DNA from: Burkholderiales bacterium
Lineage (GTDB): Bacteria; Pseudomonadota; Gammaproteobacteria; Burkholderiales; Burkholderiaceae_C
NCBI GenBank assembly: GCA_038213545.1
Contig: JBBQSX010000001.1
Span: forward strand, 21,067-85,066
Reading direction: 5' to 3'
Length of the DNA stretch: 64,000 nucleotides
The translations under genes and the position numbers were made by a program. Position 1 is the stretch's first letter. Each line of letters begins with the position of its first letter. The notes beneath the pieces are model-generated. The model saw nothing but the letters and a program-made list of their open reading frames with translations, was not told the origin of the DNA and ran no database searches. Positions 18,909 through 31,352 of this stretch are shown piece by piece.

Positions 18909-20612
18909 TCAACGTTTGCTGTCAGCCTCTTCCTTCACGCTCTCGCGCAGCAGAACCTCCACATCCCGCCGGCGGCTGTCGACGATGGCCATCTCCATCG
19001 AATCGGCGCTGCGCTCGGCCACGGGCAAGGATTGTGCAGCCCGGAAACGGTCCACCGCACCCGAATAGTCGAGGTGCGCAGCACGCGCCTCGGCCTCAGC
19101 CCGCACAGCCCGCAACGACTGACCCTGAACCTGGTAAGCCCGGGCCAGGGTCTGCCAGGCCAGCGCATCGCGCGGCTGCAACACCACCCAGCTTTGCAAA
19201 CGGCTGACCGCGCGCTGCGGCTGGCCTGAGGCAATCGCCGCTTGCGCACCGAGCACGACGGCGGCACGTGAAGCGCCCGCCAGTGAGCGGTCGCGCAGCT
19301 CGGCCAGCAAGGCGGTCTGCGCGGGTGTGGCCGGGCTGGTGGAAGGCGAGAGCAGCAATTCCAGCATCAAGGCGTCGGCCGCAAAGCGGGCGTCGGGGGC
19401 CACCGTGTCGCGCAGCTTCTGCGCCAACTCCAAAGCCTTGTCGCGTTGGCCCAGCCGCAGCGCTGACAGCGCAGCTGCGTAGCGTTCACCCGGTTTGGCG
19501 TTGGGGCCCTGACCCACCTGCAGCCAGCTGCGCATGCGATCGGGCCCGTTTTCAGCCAGGACCCTGGCGCGCGACGACATGAGTGTGTGCACTTCCACGC
19601 TCGGGCCTTGTCGCCCGATGGCTGTGCTTGAACCCGCATCGCCTGACCTGACGCCGGGCAGGTCCAGGTTCAGCGCTGACGGTGTCTGCGCTGTGGCAGG
19701 AGCCGAATTGACAGCCGCTGCCGCACCCGTCGCCACCGGGCCCTGCGGCAGCCGGGCGCGCATGTCGGCAATGCGCTCACCACTCAGCGGGTGGCTGCGA
19801 AGGTAGGGAAACGCACCGTCGTCGTTCAGGCGCGAGGCCTGTTGCAACTTGTCGAACATGCTCACGAATCCCTGGGCATCAAACCCCGCGCCCGAGAGCA
19901 CACCAAAGCCCACGCGATCGGCCTCGCGCTCCATGTCGCGCGAGAAGTTCAGCTGGTTCTGGGCAACAGCCGCCGTGCTGCCGGCGATGGCGGCGCTGGC
20001 CACCTGCGCGTTCGACCCGGCCGCCAGCGCGCCGAGAATCATCGCGCCCATCATCCAAGGCGCCATGCGCTCCTCGCGCGACATCAACCGCGCAATGTGC
20101 CGCTGTGACACATGGCTGAGCTCGTGCGCCAGCACCGAAGCCACTTCTTCGGGCCGTTCGGTCACCGCGAGCAAGCCCAGGTTCACGCCCAGGTAGCCAC
20201 CCGGCAAGGCAAACGCGTTGACCGTGCGCTCCCGCGAAATCATCAATTCCCAGGCCATGCGCTCGGCCAGTTCGGGTGGCACATCACCCCGCGCACGCGC
20301 TGCGCCCAGCAGCGGCTGCCAAAGCGACTGCAGATAGTCGACCAGCAGGGGATCGTCGAGGTAGTCAGGGTCCCGGTAGATGGAGCGCGCGATGCGGTCG
20401 CCCAGCCGGCGCTCCGCCGAGATGGAGATGCCTTCGGCGCCACCCAGGCTGGGCAGCGCCGACGTGTTACCGGGATCGGACACCACCTGGGCGTTGGACA
20501 GCGAGATCGGCAACAGCACCGAGGCTGCCACCACCAGCCCGCAGGCCCACAGCACGGGTCGGCGCACAGGGGGTGAAGTCTTCAACAACGCAGGCAGAGG
20601 TGGGAAAGGCAT
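18909..20612 (-). CDS. M48 family periplasmic metalloprotease (BepA/YfgC-like)
   Basis: NAFALPGG, HELSH zinc motif, FSRDMEREAD, YLRSHP and a TPR-like C-terminus. Confidence 0.9.
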   Translation of the reverse strand: MPFPPLPALLKTSPPVRRPVLWACGLVVAASVLLPISLSNAQVVSDPGNTSALPSLGGAEGISISAERRLGDRIARSIYRDPDYLDDPLLVDYLQSLWQPLLGAARARGDVPPELAERMAWELMISRERTVNAFALPGGYLGVNLGLLAVTERPEEVASVLAHELSHVSQRHIARLMSREERMAPWMMGAMILGALAAGSNAQVASAAIAGSTAAVAQNQLNFSRDMEREADRVGFGVLSGAGFDAQGFVSMFDKLQQASRLNDDGAFPYLRSHPLSGERIADMRARLPQGPVATGAAAAVNSAPATAQTPSALNLDLPGVRSGDAGSSTAIGRQGPSVEVHTLMSSRARVLAENGPDRMRSWLQVGQGPNAKPGERYAAALSALRLGQRDKALELAQKLRDTVAPDARFAADALMLELLLSPSTSPATPAQTALLAELRDRSLAGASRAAVVLGAQAAIASGQPQRAVSRLQSWVVLQPRDALAWQTLARAYQVQGQSLRAVRAEAEARAAHLDYSGAVDRFRAAQSLPVAERSADSMEMAIVDSRRRDVEVLLRESVKEEADSKR

Positions 20613-20670
20613 CGCCGTATGATGCCGCCAAGCCGTTACGGTTCAGTCAAGCCTCAGCAAATCACACCCG

Positions 20671-21189
20671 ATGCCCGTTACAAACCCGCCCCCCGCAGAC
20701 GCTGCCAACCCACTCACCCACTTTGACGCCCAAGGCCAGGCCCACATGGTTGACGTGGGCGACAAGGCCAACACACGGCGCGTGGCTGTGACAGAAGGCC
20801 GCATCACCATGCTGCCCGAGACCCTGGCGCTGATTCAGGCAGGCAACGCCAAAAAGGGCGACGTGCTCGGCATCGCCCGCATCGCCGGTATTCAAGCAGC
20901 CAAAAAAACCAGCGACCTGATCCCGCTGTGCCACCCGATCGCACTGACCCGTGTGGCGGTGGACTTCGAGATCGAGCCCGACACCCACAGCGTGCTCTGC
21001 CGCGCCACCGCTGAGTGCACTGGCCAGACCGGCGTGGAAATGGAAGCTTTGTCCGCCGTTTCTGTTGCCTTGCTCACGATTTATGACATGTGCAAGGCGG
21101 TGGACCGGGGGATGGTGATTGGGGGGGTGCGGTTGATGGAGAAGATGGGGGGGAAGAGTGGGCGGTTTGCAGCGGACTCCGAGAAGTAG
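20671..21189 (+). CDS. moaC: Cyclic pyranopterin monophosphate synthase
   Basis: AHMVDV, KKGDVL, LIPLCHP, GVEMEAL and [10 protein letters not shown] motifs. Confidence 0.96.
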   Translation: MPVTNPPPADAANPLTHFDAQGQAHMVDVGDKANTRRVAVTEGRITMLPETLALIQAGNAKKGDVLGIARIAGIQAAKKTSDLIPLCHPIALTRVAVDFEIEPDTHSVLCRATAECTGQTGVEMEALSAVSVALLTIYDMCKAVDRGMVIGGVRLMEKMGGKSGRFAADSEK

Positions 21190-21232
21190 TTGCTCAGAAA
21201 AGTTGGGGCTCTGAACAATCGTCCACCCTCGC

Positions 21233-22765
21233 TCATTCAGAAGCCCAGGCTGCAAACGCTTTTGGCCATGAAGCCTTGAAGCGCTCAGAGTGCAGCTCAA
21301 CAAGCGCTGTATCTCCGGTCATCCTAGCTGCTTCAATCACCTTAATAATGATTTCAGGATCGGGAAAGTCCTTAAGTGTTTCAAGCGCCGCGTCGAGCAC
21401 CATGCCGGCATTGCGCGTGTCGACTGTGGTCGTATTCACAACGGCATAGAGAACGTAAGACTGAAACAGCCACGTTTTTCGAGCTTTGTCGAGCGTGTCT
21501 GACCGGTAGTTCTGATGTCGATCGATGCTTGGAGTGAACAGTTGAGTCACTCTGAAGTAATCCCAGGCTACGTACAACAGACCAACCAGCACAAACGCCG
21601 CCACCGCGCCTTTGGCGGGAAGTGACATTGCCGCTGTAGGCGTCGCAGCTGCGCCCGCCAACTCGGGATGACGACTTCTCCAAACCAGCCAGACAGCACA
21701 GGCAGCCATGCCTTGAGGAACTCCGAACCACAGTGGATATTCCACAAGGCTGTGAAACCCAAGCAGCAGCAGAACGCCCCATGCAAACTGCTCCGACGTG
21801 CTTTGGACCGACCATGGTTTGAGTTTGAACATGGCGAAGACAAATAGCGATACCACCATTACCGCTACGGGGAGTCCAACACTCACCGCGAGCTGCAGTG
21901 GCAGGTTGTGTGCATTGGACAACTTTTCACAGAACCGCAGACCGTTAAAGGGCGTGATGTAGTGCGCATAGGCAAGACCGTCCCAGCCCCAGCCTGTCCA
22001 CGGCTTCAATGAAATCAACTGCAGCACGTTGGCCCAAATCACCTTGCGACTGGAGCAGGCGGAGGTTTCAGCAAACCGACTGATCAGATCCCGGCCCGAG
22101 GCAATACCCAGTGTTTGTTGCAGCCATGGAAGCAACAAAGTAGCCACCGCATAGAGGGCAAGGCCAGAGAGCACAACCACCCAACTCCGTTGACTCAAAC
22201 GCCCCCAAAACAGCAGCAGGCCTGAAATCAGAATGGCATGGAGTAAACCTGTTCGCGATGCCGTGGCAGCCAGCCCGACTATCAGTAGACATGCAATGGT
22301 GCTGGCCAGGAATGGCTTCAGACATCGATTCAGCGTCATCCACCAGAGGCTCAACAAGCCCGCGCCCAGCAAGGTTGCCAGCAGATTGACTTGATGCACG
22401 TTTGCGAGCACTTGGCCAGGCACGGTCACCACCACCCATGGTGAGAGGCGGTTCTCCATGTCGAAAAACTGAAGCAATCCCATCGCGGCGCTGGCTACAG
22501 AGGCCAAAAGCCAACCCGACGCAATAGACAGCTCTGCCCGTTCACGCGTCCACGGGAGTAGCATGAGCAACACTGCAGCCGATGCCCAAGCCACAAGGTT
22601 AGGCCACATCTCAGTTTTGGGTCCGTAGATCGCTGGCCACAACCAAGGCAGGGCAACCAGCAAGCAACTGACGGTGACAGCAATCCATGCCCCGATGGGT
22701 TTGCGGGAGTGACTTGTGAGTCCCGAATTCATTTGGGGTGTGGCAAAAAACAATGCCATCACCAC
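21233..22765 (-). CDS. PglL-like O-oligosaccharyltransferase (Wzy_C domain); start uncertain
   Basis: Multi-TM protein; ANVHQVNLLA, TASRTG, PWTGWGW, NAHNLPLQL and HSLVEYPLW motifs; downstream of pilin. Confidence 0.85.
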   Translation of the reverse strand: MVMALFFATPQMNSGLTSHSRKPIGAWIAVTVSCLLVALPWLWPAIYGPKTEMWPNLVAWASAAVLLMLLPWTRERAELSIASGWLLASVASAAMGLLQFFDMENRLSPWVVVTVPGQVLANVHQVNLLATLLGAGLLSLWWMTLNRCLKPFLASTIACLLIVGLAATASRTGLLHAILISGLLLFWGRLSQRSWVVVLSGLALYAVATLLLPWLQQTLGIASGRDLISRFAETSACSSRKVIWANVLQLISLKPWTGWGWDGLAYAHYITPFNGLRFCEKLSNAHNLPLQLAVSVGLPVAVMVVSLFVFAMFKLKPWSVQSTSEQFAWGVLLLLGFHSLVEYPLWFGVPQGMAACAVWLVWRSRHPELAGAAATPTAAMSLPAKGAVAAFVLVGLLYVAWDYFRVTQLFTPSIDRHQNYRSDTLDKARKTWLFQSYVLYAVVNTTTVDTRNAGMVLDAALETLKDFPDPEIIIKVIEAARMTGDTALVELHSERFKASWPKAFAAWASE

Positions 22766-23532
22766 CCATCCAGATGCAGGTAGGCTCTTGGGGCTCCGTT
22801 GGACCGCTCCACCAATACCACCCAGTCGGTAACAGCATCGCGAACGAGGGGCAAATAGCCAACTTGGTCGTCGCTCAATCCCAGCTTACTCAAGGAGGCT
22901 TTCAGTACCTCGATCTTTTCGGGGTTCTTGTCACGCAGGTCTCGAACGGGTTTAAGTTGCGCCAACACCTCAGGCACTTGGGATTCGTATGTTTGCCAAC
23001 GCGAAGGCCGGAAGGCAGGGTGCAGGCCTTGGATGGACATTTGCAAACTGGCCAAGTGATCTGGATCTCCCGTCTTGGCCAACCGCACTCCCAGAAAGTT
23101 GGGGCCGGTGTAGCTCAGATTTTGCAGACCAGGTGGTGCCTCATTGAGGCGAGAGGGGCTGACATCCAGCGCCTGGACAATGCGGAATCTGTCGCCTTCA
23201 AAAGCAACGAAGACGGGGCGAGCGCTGGCCACCTGACCCATACCGTAAAGCAAGGCTGCAAGTTGCGTCAGAACGATCAGGCCCAAGTCCAGTCGCCACT
23301 TGTCACGGGGTTTGCTAGGGTTGTACAGCACCAGCGTGAGCACCGGGCCACAAACCACGTCCACCGCCATGAGGATAAGAAATAGTGCGCCACCATCGGT
23401 AAGGTCACGCAGCGCGCCAGGAAACCAGACAAAAAAAACCAGTCCCGCGACACAAAGCGCAACTGACAGACTGGCAAGAAAATGCAGCAACCCCGCTCGC
23501 ACGGCTGCCTGAATTCTGGTACCCCAAAACAT
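22759..23532 (-). CDS. TfpX/TfpZ (FimB-like) type IV pilin accessory protein
   Basis: VDVVCGPVLT, DLGLIVLTQLAAL, ARPV..FEGDRF motifs; ATG at 23532 preferred because the longer start overlaps the pilA terminator. Confidence 0.85.
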   Translation of the reverse strand: MFWGTRIQAAVRAGLLHFLASLSVALCVAGLVFFVWFPGALRDLTDGGALFLILMAVDVVCGPVLTLVLYNPSKPRDKWRLDLGLIVLTQLAALLYGMGQVASARPVFVAFEGDRFRIVQALDVSPSRLNEAPPGLQNLSYTGPNFLGVRLAKTGDPDHLASLQMSIQGLHPAFRPSRWQTYESQVPEVLAQLKPVRDLRDKNPEKIEVLKASLSKLGLSDDQVGYLPLVRDAVTDWVVLVERSNGAPRAYLHLDGW

Positions 23533-23546
23533 CCGGAAAAACCTCC

Positions 23547-23575
23547 AAAAAAAGAGCGCCGCAGCGCTCTTTTTT
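23547..23575 (-). terminator. Intrinsic terminator after pilA (bidirectional shape)
   Basis: AAAAAAAGAGCGC-CGCA-GCGCTCTTTTTT. Confidence 0.8.
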
Positions 23576-23590
23576 GACATACCAACTAAT

Positions 23591-24103
<513 letters not shown>

Positions 24104-24147
24104 GGAAAAAACTCCTTGGGGGTTTGGGTTGGGAACGCATGTCTATG

Positions 24148-24164
24148 AGCAGACGGCGTGCCAA
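24148..24164 (-). promoter_or_regulatory. Sigma-54 promoter of pilA
   Basis: Minus strand TTGGCACGCCGTCTGCT gives TGGCAC-N5-CTGC (-24/-12). Confidence 0.8.
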
Positions 24165-24214
24165 CCGGAACTGGGGTGTTTTCTGCGGCCTATTTCACGC
24201 TTCACCGTCCCACA

Positions 24215-24293
24215 GTGACCATTTGTGACATGTGGGTCGGTTCATGACCGCCATTTTTTGTCACCCCATTCGGCCTCGACCGTTTTTGTCACC
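24215..24293. promoter_or_regulatory. Candidate PilR-type enhancer sites
   Basis: Repeated TTTTTGTCAC and TGAC/GTCA boxes 50-130 nt upstream of the sigma-54 promoter. Confidence 0.55.
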
Positions 24294-24307
24294 CGGTTTC
24301 CGCCCGG

Positions 24308-25111
24308 TCAAAGCTCGAAGGTCTGACCCGCGCTGAGCCAGCGAATATCGTGATGGTTATTGTCTGCGCCAGGCGGCCCATCGTCGAAGCGGCGGATCTC
24401 GTCCATGATCAGGCCGGTTTCGGCGGGCTTGGTGTGGGTGATGTAGATGGGGTAGCGCTGGCCGGGGTTGATGTGCGCCAGCTCTTCGGCGAGCAGGCCG
24501 GGCGCCAGGTGCAGGCTGCGCTGGGCCAGGGCCTCTTCGCGGTCGCTGAAGGCGGTTTCGATCACGAGCAGGGCCACGGGCAACTGGTTGACGCGTTGCC
24601 AGAAGGCGGGGTTGCGGCCCGTGTCGCCGCTGAAGACCCAGTGGCCTGACGGCGTGTTGGCGGCAAAGCCGACGGCGGGAACGGTGTGCACGGCCGGCAG
24701 CACTTCGACCGCCTTGCCACACACCTGCAACACCTCCCCCACCGCGATGGGCACGAAGCGCATGAGTGGTCGCTCAGCGCTGGGGATGGCGGAGAAGTCG
24801 GGCCAGATCAGGTTGTTGAAGATGTGGGCCTTGAGCGCGGCGATGGTGCCGGGCAAGGCGTGCACCTGCAAGGGCTGAGCGCCGGCCGAGAGCCTGCGCG
24901 CGGCCACGGCGTCGAGCATGAGCGGCAGCGAGGCCACGTGGTCCAGATGCGAGTGCGTTAGCAACACATGGTCGACCTGTGCCATCTCGTCCAACGTGAG
25001 GTCGCCCACGCCGGTGCCGGCGTCGATCAGCACGTCGTGGTCGAGCAGGAACGAGGTGGTGCGGCAGCCGTGGGCAATGGCGCCGGAGCACCCCAGCACG
25101 CGGACTCTCAT
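24308..25111 (-). CDS. 3',5'-cyclic nucleotide phosphodiesterase, class II / metallo-beta-lactamase fold
   Basis: VLGCSG, IDAGTG, THSHLDH, HIFN..IWPDF and SGDT motifs. Confidence 0.85.
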   Translation of the reverse strand: MRVRVLGCSGAIAHGCRTTSFLLDHDVLIDAGTGVGDLTLDEMAQVDHVLLTHSHLDHVASLPLMLDAVAARRLSAGAQPLQVHALPGTIAALKAHIFNNLIWPDFSAIPSAERPLMRFVPIAVGEVLQVCGKAVEVLPAVHTVPAVGFAANTPSGHWVFSGDTGRNPAFWQRVNQLPVALLVIETAFSDREEALAQRSLHLAPGLLAEELAHINPGQRYPIYITHTKPAETGLIMDEIRRFDDGPPGADNNHHDIRWLSAGQTFEL

Positions 25112-26856
25112 GGACTCTTGGACATGGTGTGGCCGGCGGAGCCGGTCCGGGATTGCGGGGCTTGCAGCGACTTGAGGGGTGTTGCACCGTCCCAGGCGGG
25201 ATCGAGCGGCAGCAACCTGCGTGAGGCTACTCTGTCGGCATAAAGGCGGTAAAGGACTTTTTTGGCATTTTGGCGCTGCAGGTTGAGCAGATGGACATCG
25301 CACGCATCCCAGTCTTGCGCGCGCCAGGCCCGCAGTGCCTGCTGCCACAGGCGCAGTTCGTCGCGCTGGTCGGTTGTGAGTTCGCTGCTCGTGCCCAGCG
25401 GGGTGAAGACGGACATCGGTAGGGCGTCGGAATCCTGGCGCAGGCGATCGAGCTCTTGCCAGACGAAGCCGGGTTGGCGCTGGCGGTCTTGTTCGGTGGC
25501 GATCTGGTCCACACCGTAAACAGCGCAGAGTTTCGCCCGATCCGATGCCTGGAGCCCGTCTGAACTGTGTGGCACGGCACCCATTGTCAAACGCCGGCTG
25601 GCCTGGCCGAGCGCTGCGGTGAGCAGGATCATCACCACGGAGCCCGCCAAGGGCAGCACCTGGCCGTGGCGAAACTGCAGCCAGCTGTTGAGCGCTATCA
25701 CCACCGCAACACGCGCGGCGCTCTGCGCAGCGCCCGACCAGGTGCCCAGGCTCGGCAGCAGCAACACCAGCACGAGGCTGGAGACCACCAGCACCAACAT
25801 CTCGTAGCCCAATGCGTAGTCGGGTTTCACCGGCAAACGTCCATCGAGCAAACCGGCGATCAGGTTGGCGTGGGCTTCGACGCCGGGGTAGTTGGCGCCC
25901 ACAGGCGTGAGTCGCAAGTCTTTCAAGCCGGGCGCCGTGGTGCCCACCAGCACGATCCTGCCTTCCAGCTGTGCCGGAGGCACCCGACCCGACAGCAGAT
26001 CAATGGCCGAGATGTAGGTGAACGAGCCGCCTTCGGAGCCGCCAGGTCCTCGGTATGGCACCAGCGCCGCGACGCGCTCGTCCACGGGAATCGCGAGGGT
26101 CTGCCCCTCGTGCTGCAGGCGCAGGCTCTCCAGGCCGCTGATGCGCCGGTTCATCATGAGCCCACTGGCAAAGCCGGGCTCTACTGGCGGTGAACCCAGC
26201 ACGCGGCGGAAAACAGCCAGCGCCAGCGACTCGTAGGTTTGGCCCTGGTGCTCGGCCAACAGGGGCACGGAACGCACAACGCCGTCGCTGTCGGGCAAGG
26301 CGTTGAACGCGCCGGCCCGGGGCGCGGCCTGAGCGAGCTCGGAGATGTTGGACTCGAACGTGTCCCAGCGGGTGATGCGCACCGGCCGGCCTTGCAGCAG
26401 CTCACCGCTCATGACCGGGGCCGGCAACACACCCGTGTTGCGCGCGGAGGGTTCATTGCTGAAGAAGTAACCCAGCACCACGGGGCGGTCACGCAGCGCG
26501 GTGGCCAGGGCGGCATCGCCGCCGGCCTGCGGGTCGGGCTTGGGAAACACGATGTCGAAGCCGAGCGCAGCGATGTTTTGCTGCTCGAACAACGTGTCCA
26601 CCAAGCGCGCGAGCTGCGCACGTGGCCAGGGCCACGGCCCAATGGCGGAAAGGCTTTGGGTATCGATATCGATGATCACCACCCGCGGCTCCAGCGTGCC
26701 GGGCATGGCGGCCCTCAGGCGCATGTCGTAGGCGGTGTCGTCGAGTCGGTGAAGCGCATTGGTCGGGATGATGCCCAGCGCATGCAGCACCGCCAGCACG
26801 AGCGGAACGAGCAAGAGCGAGGCTCGCAGACTGCGCTGTTTCAGTGTCTGCGACAT
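25108..26856 (-). CDS. CHASE2-domain membrane protein, apparently an adenylate/guanylate cyclase lacking its catalytic core
   Basis: CHASE2 motifs (IIDID, WPWPR, GFDIVF, DSDGVVR, LVGTTAPGLKD, PGVEAHA), TM helices, then only the cyclase C-terminal tail (YGV...WQELDR...WDG). Confidence 0.75.
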   Translation of the reverse strand: MSQTLKQRSLRASLLLVPLVLAVLHALGIIPTNALHRLDDTAYDMRLRAAMPGTLEPRVVIIDIDTQSLSAIGPWPWPRAQLARLVDTLFEQQNIAALGFDIVFPKPDPQAGGDAALATALRDRPVVLGYFFSNEPSARNTGVLPAPVMSGELLQGRPVRITRWDTFESNISELAQAAPRAGAFNALPDSDGVVRSVPLLAEHQGQTYESLALAVFRRVLGSPPVEPGFASGLMMNRRISGLESLRLQHEGQTLAIPVDERVAALVPYRGPGGSEGGSFTYISAIDLLSGRVPPAQLEGRIVLVGTTAPGLKDLRLTPVGANYPGVEAHANLIAGLLDGRLPVKPDYALGYEMLVLVVSSLVLVLLLPSLGTWSGAAQSAARVAVVIALNSWLQFRHGQVLPLAGSVVMILLTAALGQASRRLTMGAVPHSSDGLQASDRAKLCAVYGVDQIATEQDRQRQPGFVWQELDRLRQDSDALPMSVFTPLGTSSELTTDQRDELRLWQQALRAWRAQDWDACDVHLLNLQRQNAKKVLYRLYADRVASRRLLPLDPAWDGATPLKSLQAPQSRTGSAGHTMSKSP

Positions 26857-26932
26857 GGAGAACTGGGCAGATGGCCTGCGACCGAGATGGTCAGGCACCG
26901 CCAGGATTCGTGAAAGAAGGGGCCGGTGCGAC

Positions 26933-27565
26933 TTACAGCTGCACGAACTGCATCTTGGTCCCGGCCAATTCCAGCATGTCGCCGTTGCGCAGGTTCACAG
27001 CGTCGGTGCCGATCGGGTTGCCGTTGATGGTTGGTTTTTGCACACCTTCGACCATGGCCACCACGAAACCATGGGGGCGGCGGGTGATGGCGGCTACTGC
27101 GACACCGGGTTTTCCGATCGTGGTGACGACCTTCACCAAGGGGACTTCGCGCCCGGCTGCCGTGCCCGACATCACCTTGATGGCGGCATTGGCCACCGCC
27201 ATGGTCACCGTGGGTTCCGCCGCAGCCACAACGGCGCCGGCGTTGATCACCATGGTCTTCTCATGGCTTTCGTTGGCACCTTCGTGCACAAACTTGATCT
27301 TGTACTTGCCGATCTCGACCGTGTCGCCGCTCTGCAACTGCTGCTTCTTGATGGCCTTGCCGTTGACGTAGGTGCCGTTGGTGCTGTTGAGGTCTTCGAG
27401 GAACACATCCATGCCGGACATCTGCATGACGGCGTGTTCACCACTGACGGCCAGGTTGTCGATCACGATGTCGTTGTAGGGACGGCGGCCGAGCGTGGTG
27501 CGGTCTTTGGTGAGCTGCACTTCCTTGATGACGACACCGTCGATGGAAACGATCATTTTCGGCAT
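26933..27565 (-). CDS. FHA-domain protein (two FHA-like modules)
   Basis: LGRRPYND, VSGEHA and DLNSTNGTYVNG motifs; degenerate second module. Confidence 0.9.
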   Translation of the reverse strand: MPKMIVSIDGVVIKEVQLTKDRTTLGRRPYNDIVIDNLAVSGEHAVMQMSGMDVFLEDLNSTNGTYVNGKAIKKQQLQSGDTVEIGKYKIKFVHEGANESHEKTMVINAGAVVAAAEPTVTMAVANAAIKVMSGTAAGREVPLVKVVTTIGKPGVAVAAITRRPHGFVVAMVEGVQKPTINGNPIGTDAVNLRNGDMLELAGTKMQFVQL

Positions 27566-27610
27566 GGCCGACTCCTCTGGAACCTGTAGATATGTTGGTC
27601 GAAAACGGAA

Positions 27611-28396
27611 TCACTTACCCAGCATGCGCGAAAGTATTCCTTTGCGCACCGGCTTGGAACGAGCATACGCCAGTATCACCGATATGTTGTCCCGCCCTCC
27701 GCTGTCGTTGGCGGCATCCACGAGAGCCTGGGCTTTTTCTTCGAGCGTGCCGGCCGTTACAAGTATGGCGGCGATGCGCTCATCGCTCATCATGTCGCTC
27801 AATCCATCCGAGCAAAAAAGGTAGAGATCCTCGTCCTCGACCCGGTATTCGTTGACTTCGAGCAACACCGTGTCTTCCACGCCGAGCGCTCGGGTCACAA
27901 GGTTTTTGTGGGTGGCGTACTGGGCCTGCTCCAGCGAAATCAGGCCGGCATCGATTTGCTCCTGCAGCAGCGAATGGTCGCGCGTGATCTGAACGAAGTT
28001 GCCTTCACGCAAGCGGTAACAGCGCGAGTCGCCCACGTGCCCGATCATGACGCGCGCATCCAGGAACACACCCATCACGAGGGTGGTGCCCATGCCGGCG
28101 TACTGCGGGTTGGAATTGGCAGCGTTGAAGATGGAGCGGTTGGCGTTGTCGATGCAGATTTCCATGGCTCGGCGCAATTCGCGCACGCTGGCCTCATTGC
28201 CTCCCTCGGCCATCCACCGCCCCAGCTCGGTCTTGATGAAGGTGGTGGCCATCGCACTGGCGACTTCGCCGGCGTTGTAGCCCCCCATGCCATCCGCCAG
28301 GACCGCAATCTGGTTCTCCGCATCCAGCGACACGGAGTCCTCGTTGTTGTCCCGAACCAGTCCCGGATCGGTCAGACAAAAATACTCAAAATTCAT
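27611..28396 (-). CDS. PP2C-type Ser/Thr phosphatase (Stp1/PrpC family)
   Basis: RDNNED, ADGMGG, GMGTT, HVGDSR, CSDGL and GGRDNIS motifs. Confidence 0.93.
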   Translation of the reverse strand: MNFEYFCLTDPGLVRDNNEDSVSLDAENQIAVLADGMGGYNAGEVASAMATTFIKTELGRWMAEGGNEASVRELRRAMEICIDNANRSIFNAANSNPQYAGMGTTLVMGVFLDARVMIGHVGDSRCYRLREGNFVQITRDHSLLQEQIDAGLISLEQAQYATHKNLVTRALGVEDTVLLEVNEYRVEDEDLYLFCSDGLSDMMSDERIAAILVTAGTLEEKAQALVDAANDSGGRDNISVILAYARSKPVRKGILSRMLGK

Positions 28397-28433
28397 AGAG
28401 TTCAAGTTATACCCGCAGAACGATGCTGTCTTT

Positions 28434-31124
<2,691 letters not shown>

Positions 31125-31142
31125 GGGTGAAGGACCGGGTTG

Positions 31143-31176
31143 GTTTCAATGCGGGCGTTCGAGCACGCATTGAAAC
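31143..31176. promoter_or_regulatory. Perfect 11-bp inverted repeat in the leader of the kinase operon
   Basis: GTTTCAATGCG-N12-CGCATTGAAAC. Confidence 0.45.
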
Positions 31177-31302
31177 GCGGCCCTGCAAGACTCATCGGGT
31201 GTCAGCGGCTGGCATTGAACCCAATATGTAGCATTTTGTTTCGCGGCCGGCTTTGAGGGCAAGCATTTCTGTGGGTTTGAAGCCGCACACAAACGCTGAG
31301 CG

Positions 31303-31330
31303 AAAAAAAGGCAACGCGAGCGTTGCCTTT
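31303..31330 (-). terminator. Intrinsic terminator after sucD
   Basis: AAAGGCAACGC/GCGTTGCCTTT stem with an A7 run. Confidence 0.8.
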
Positions 31331-31352
31331 GTCACGTCAGCCTCAGGGGGCT

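Noticed and set aside
21121-21153. Two G7 runs at the 3' end of moaC as phase-variation tracts
   Set aside because: They encode the conserved Gly-Gly positions near the protein end and the frame is intact
23533-23580. Longer N-terminus (MSKKSAAALFF...) of the pilin accessory gene
   Set aside because: Coincides with the pilA terminator hairpin; the downstream ATG at 23532 is more plausible
31143-31176. GTTTCAAT/ATTGAAAC ends resemble CRISPR repeat termini
   Set aside because: Single hairpin with no repeat-spacer periodicity and no cas genes in the window
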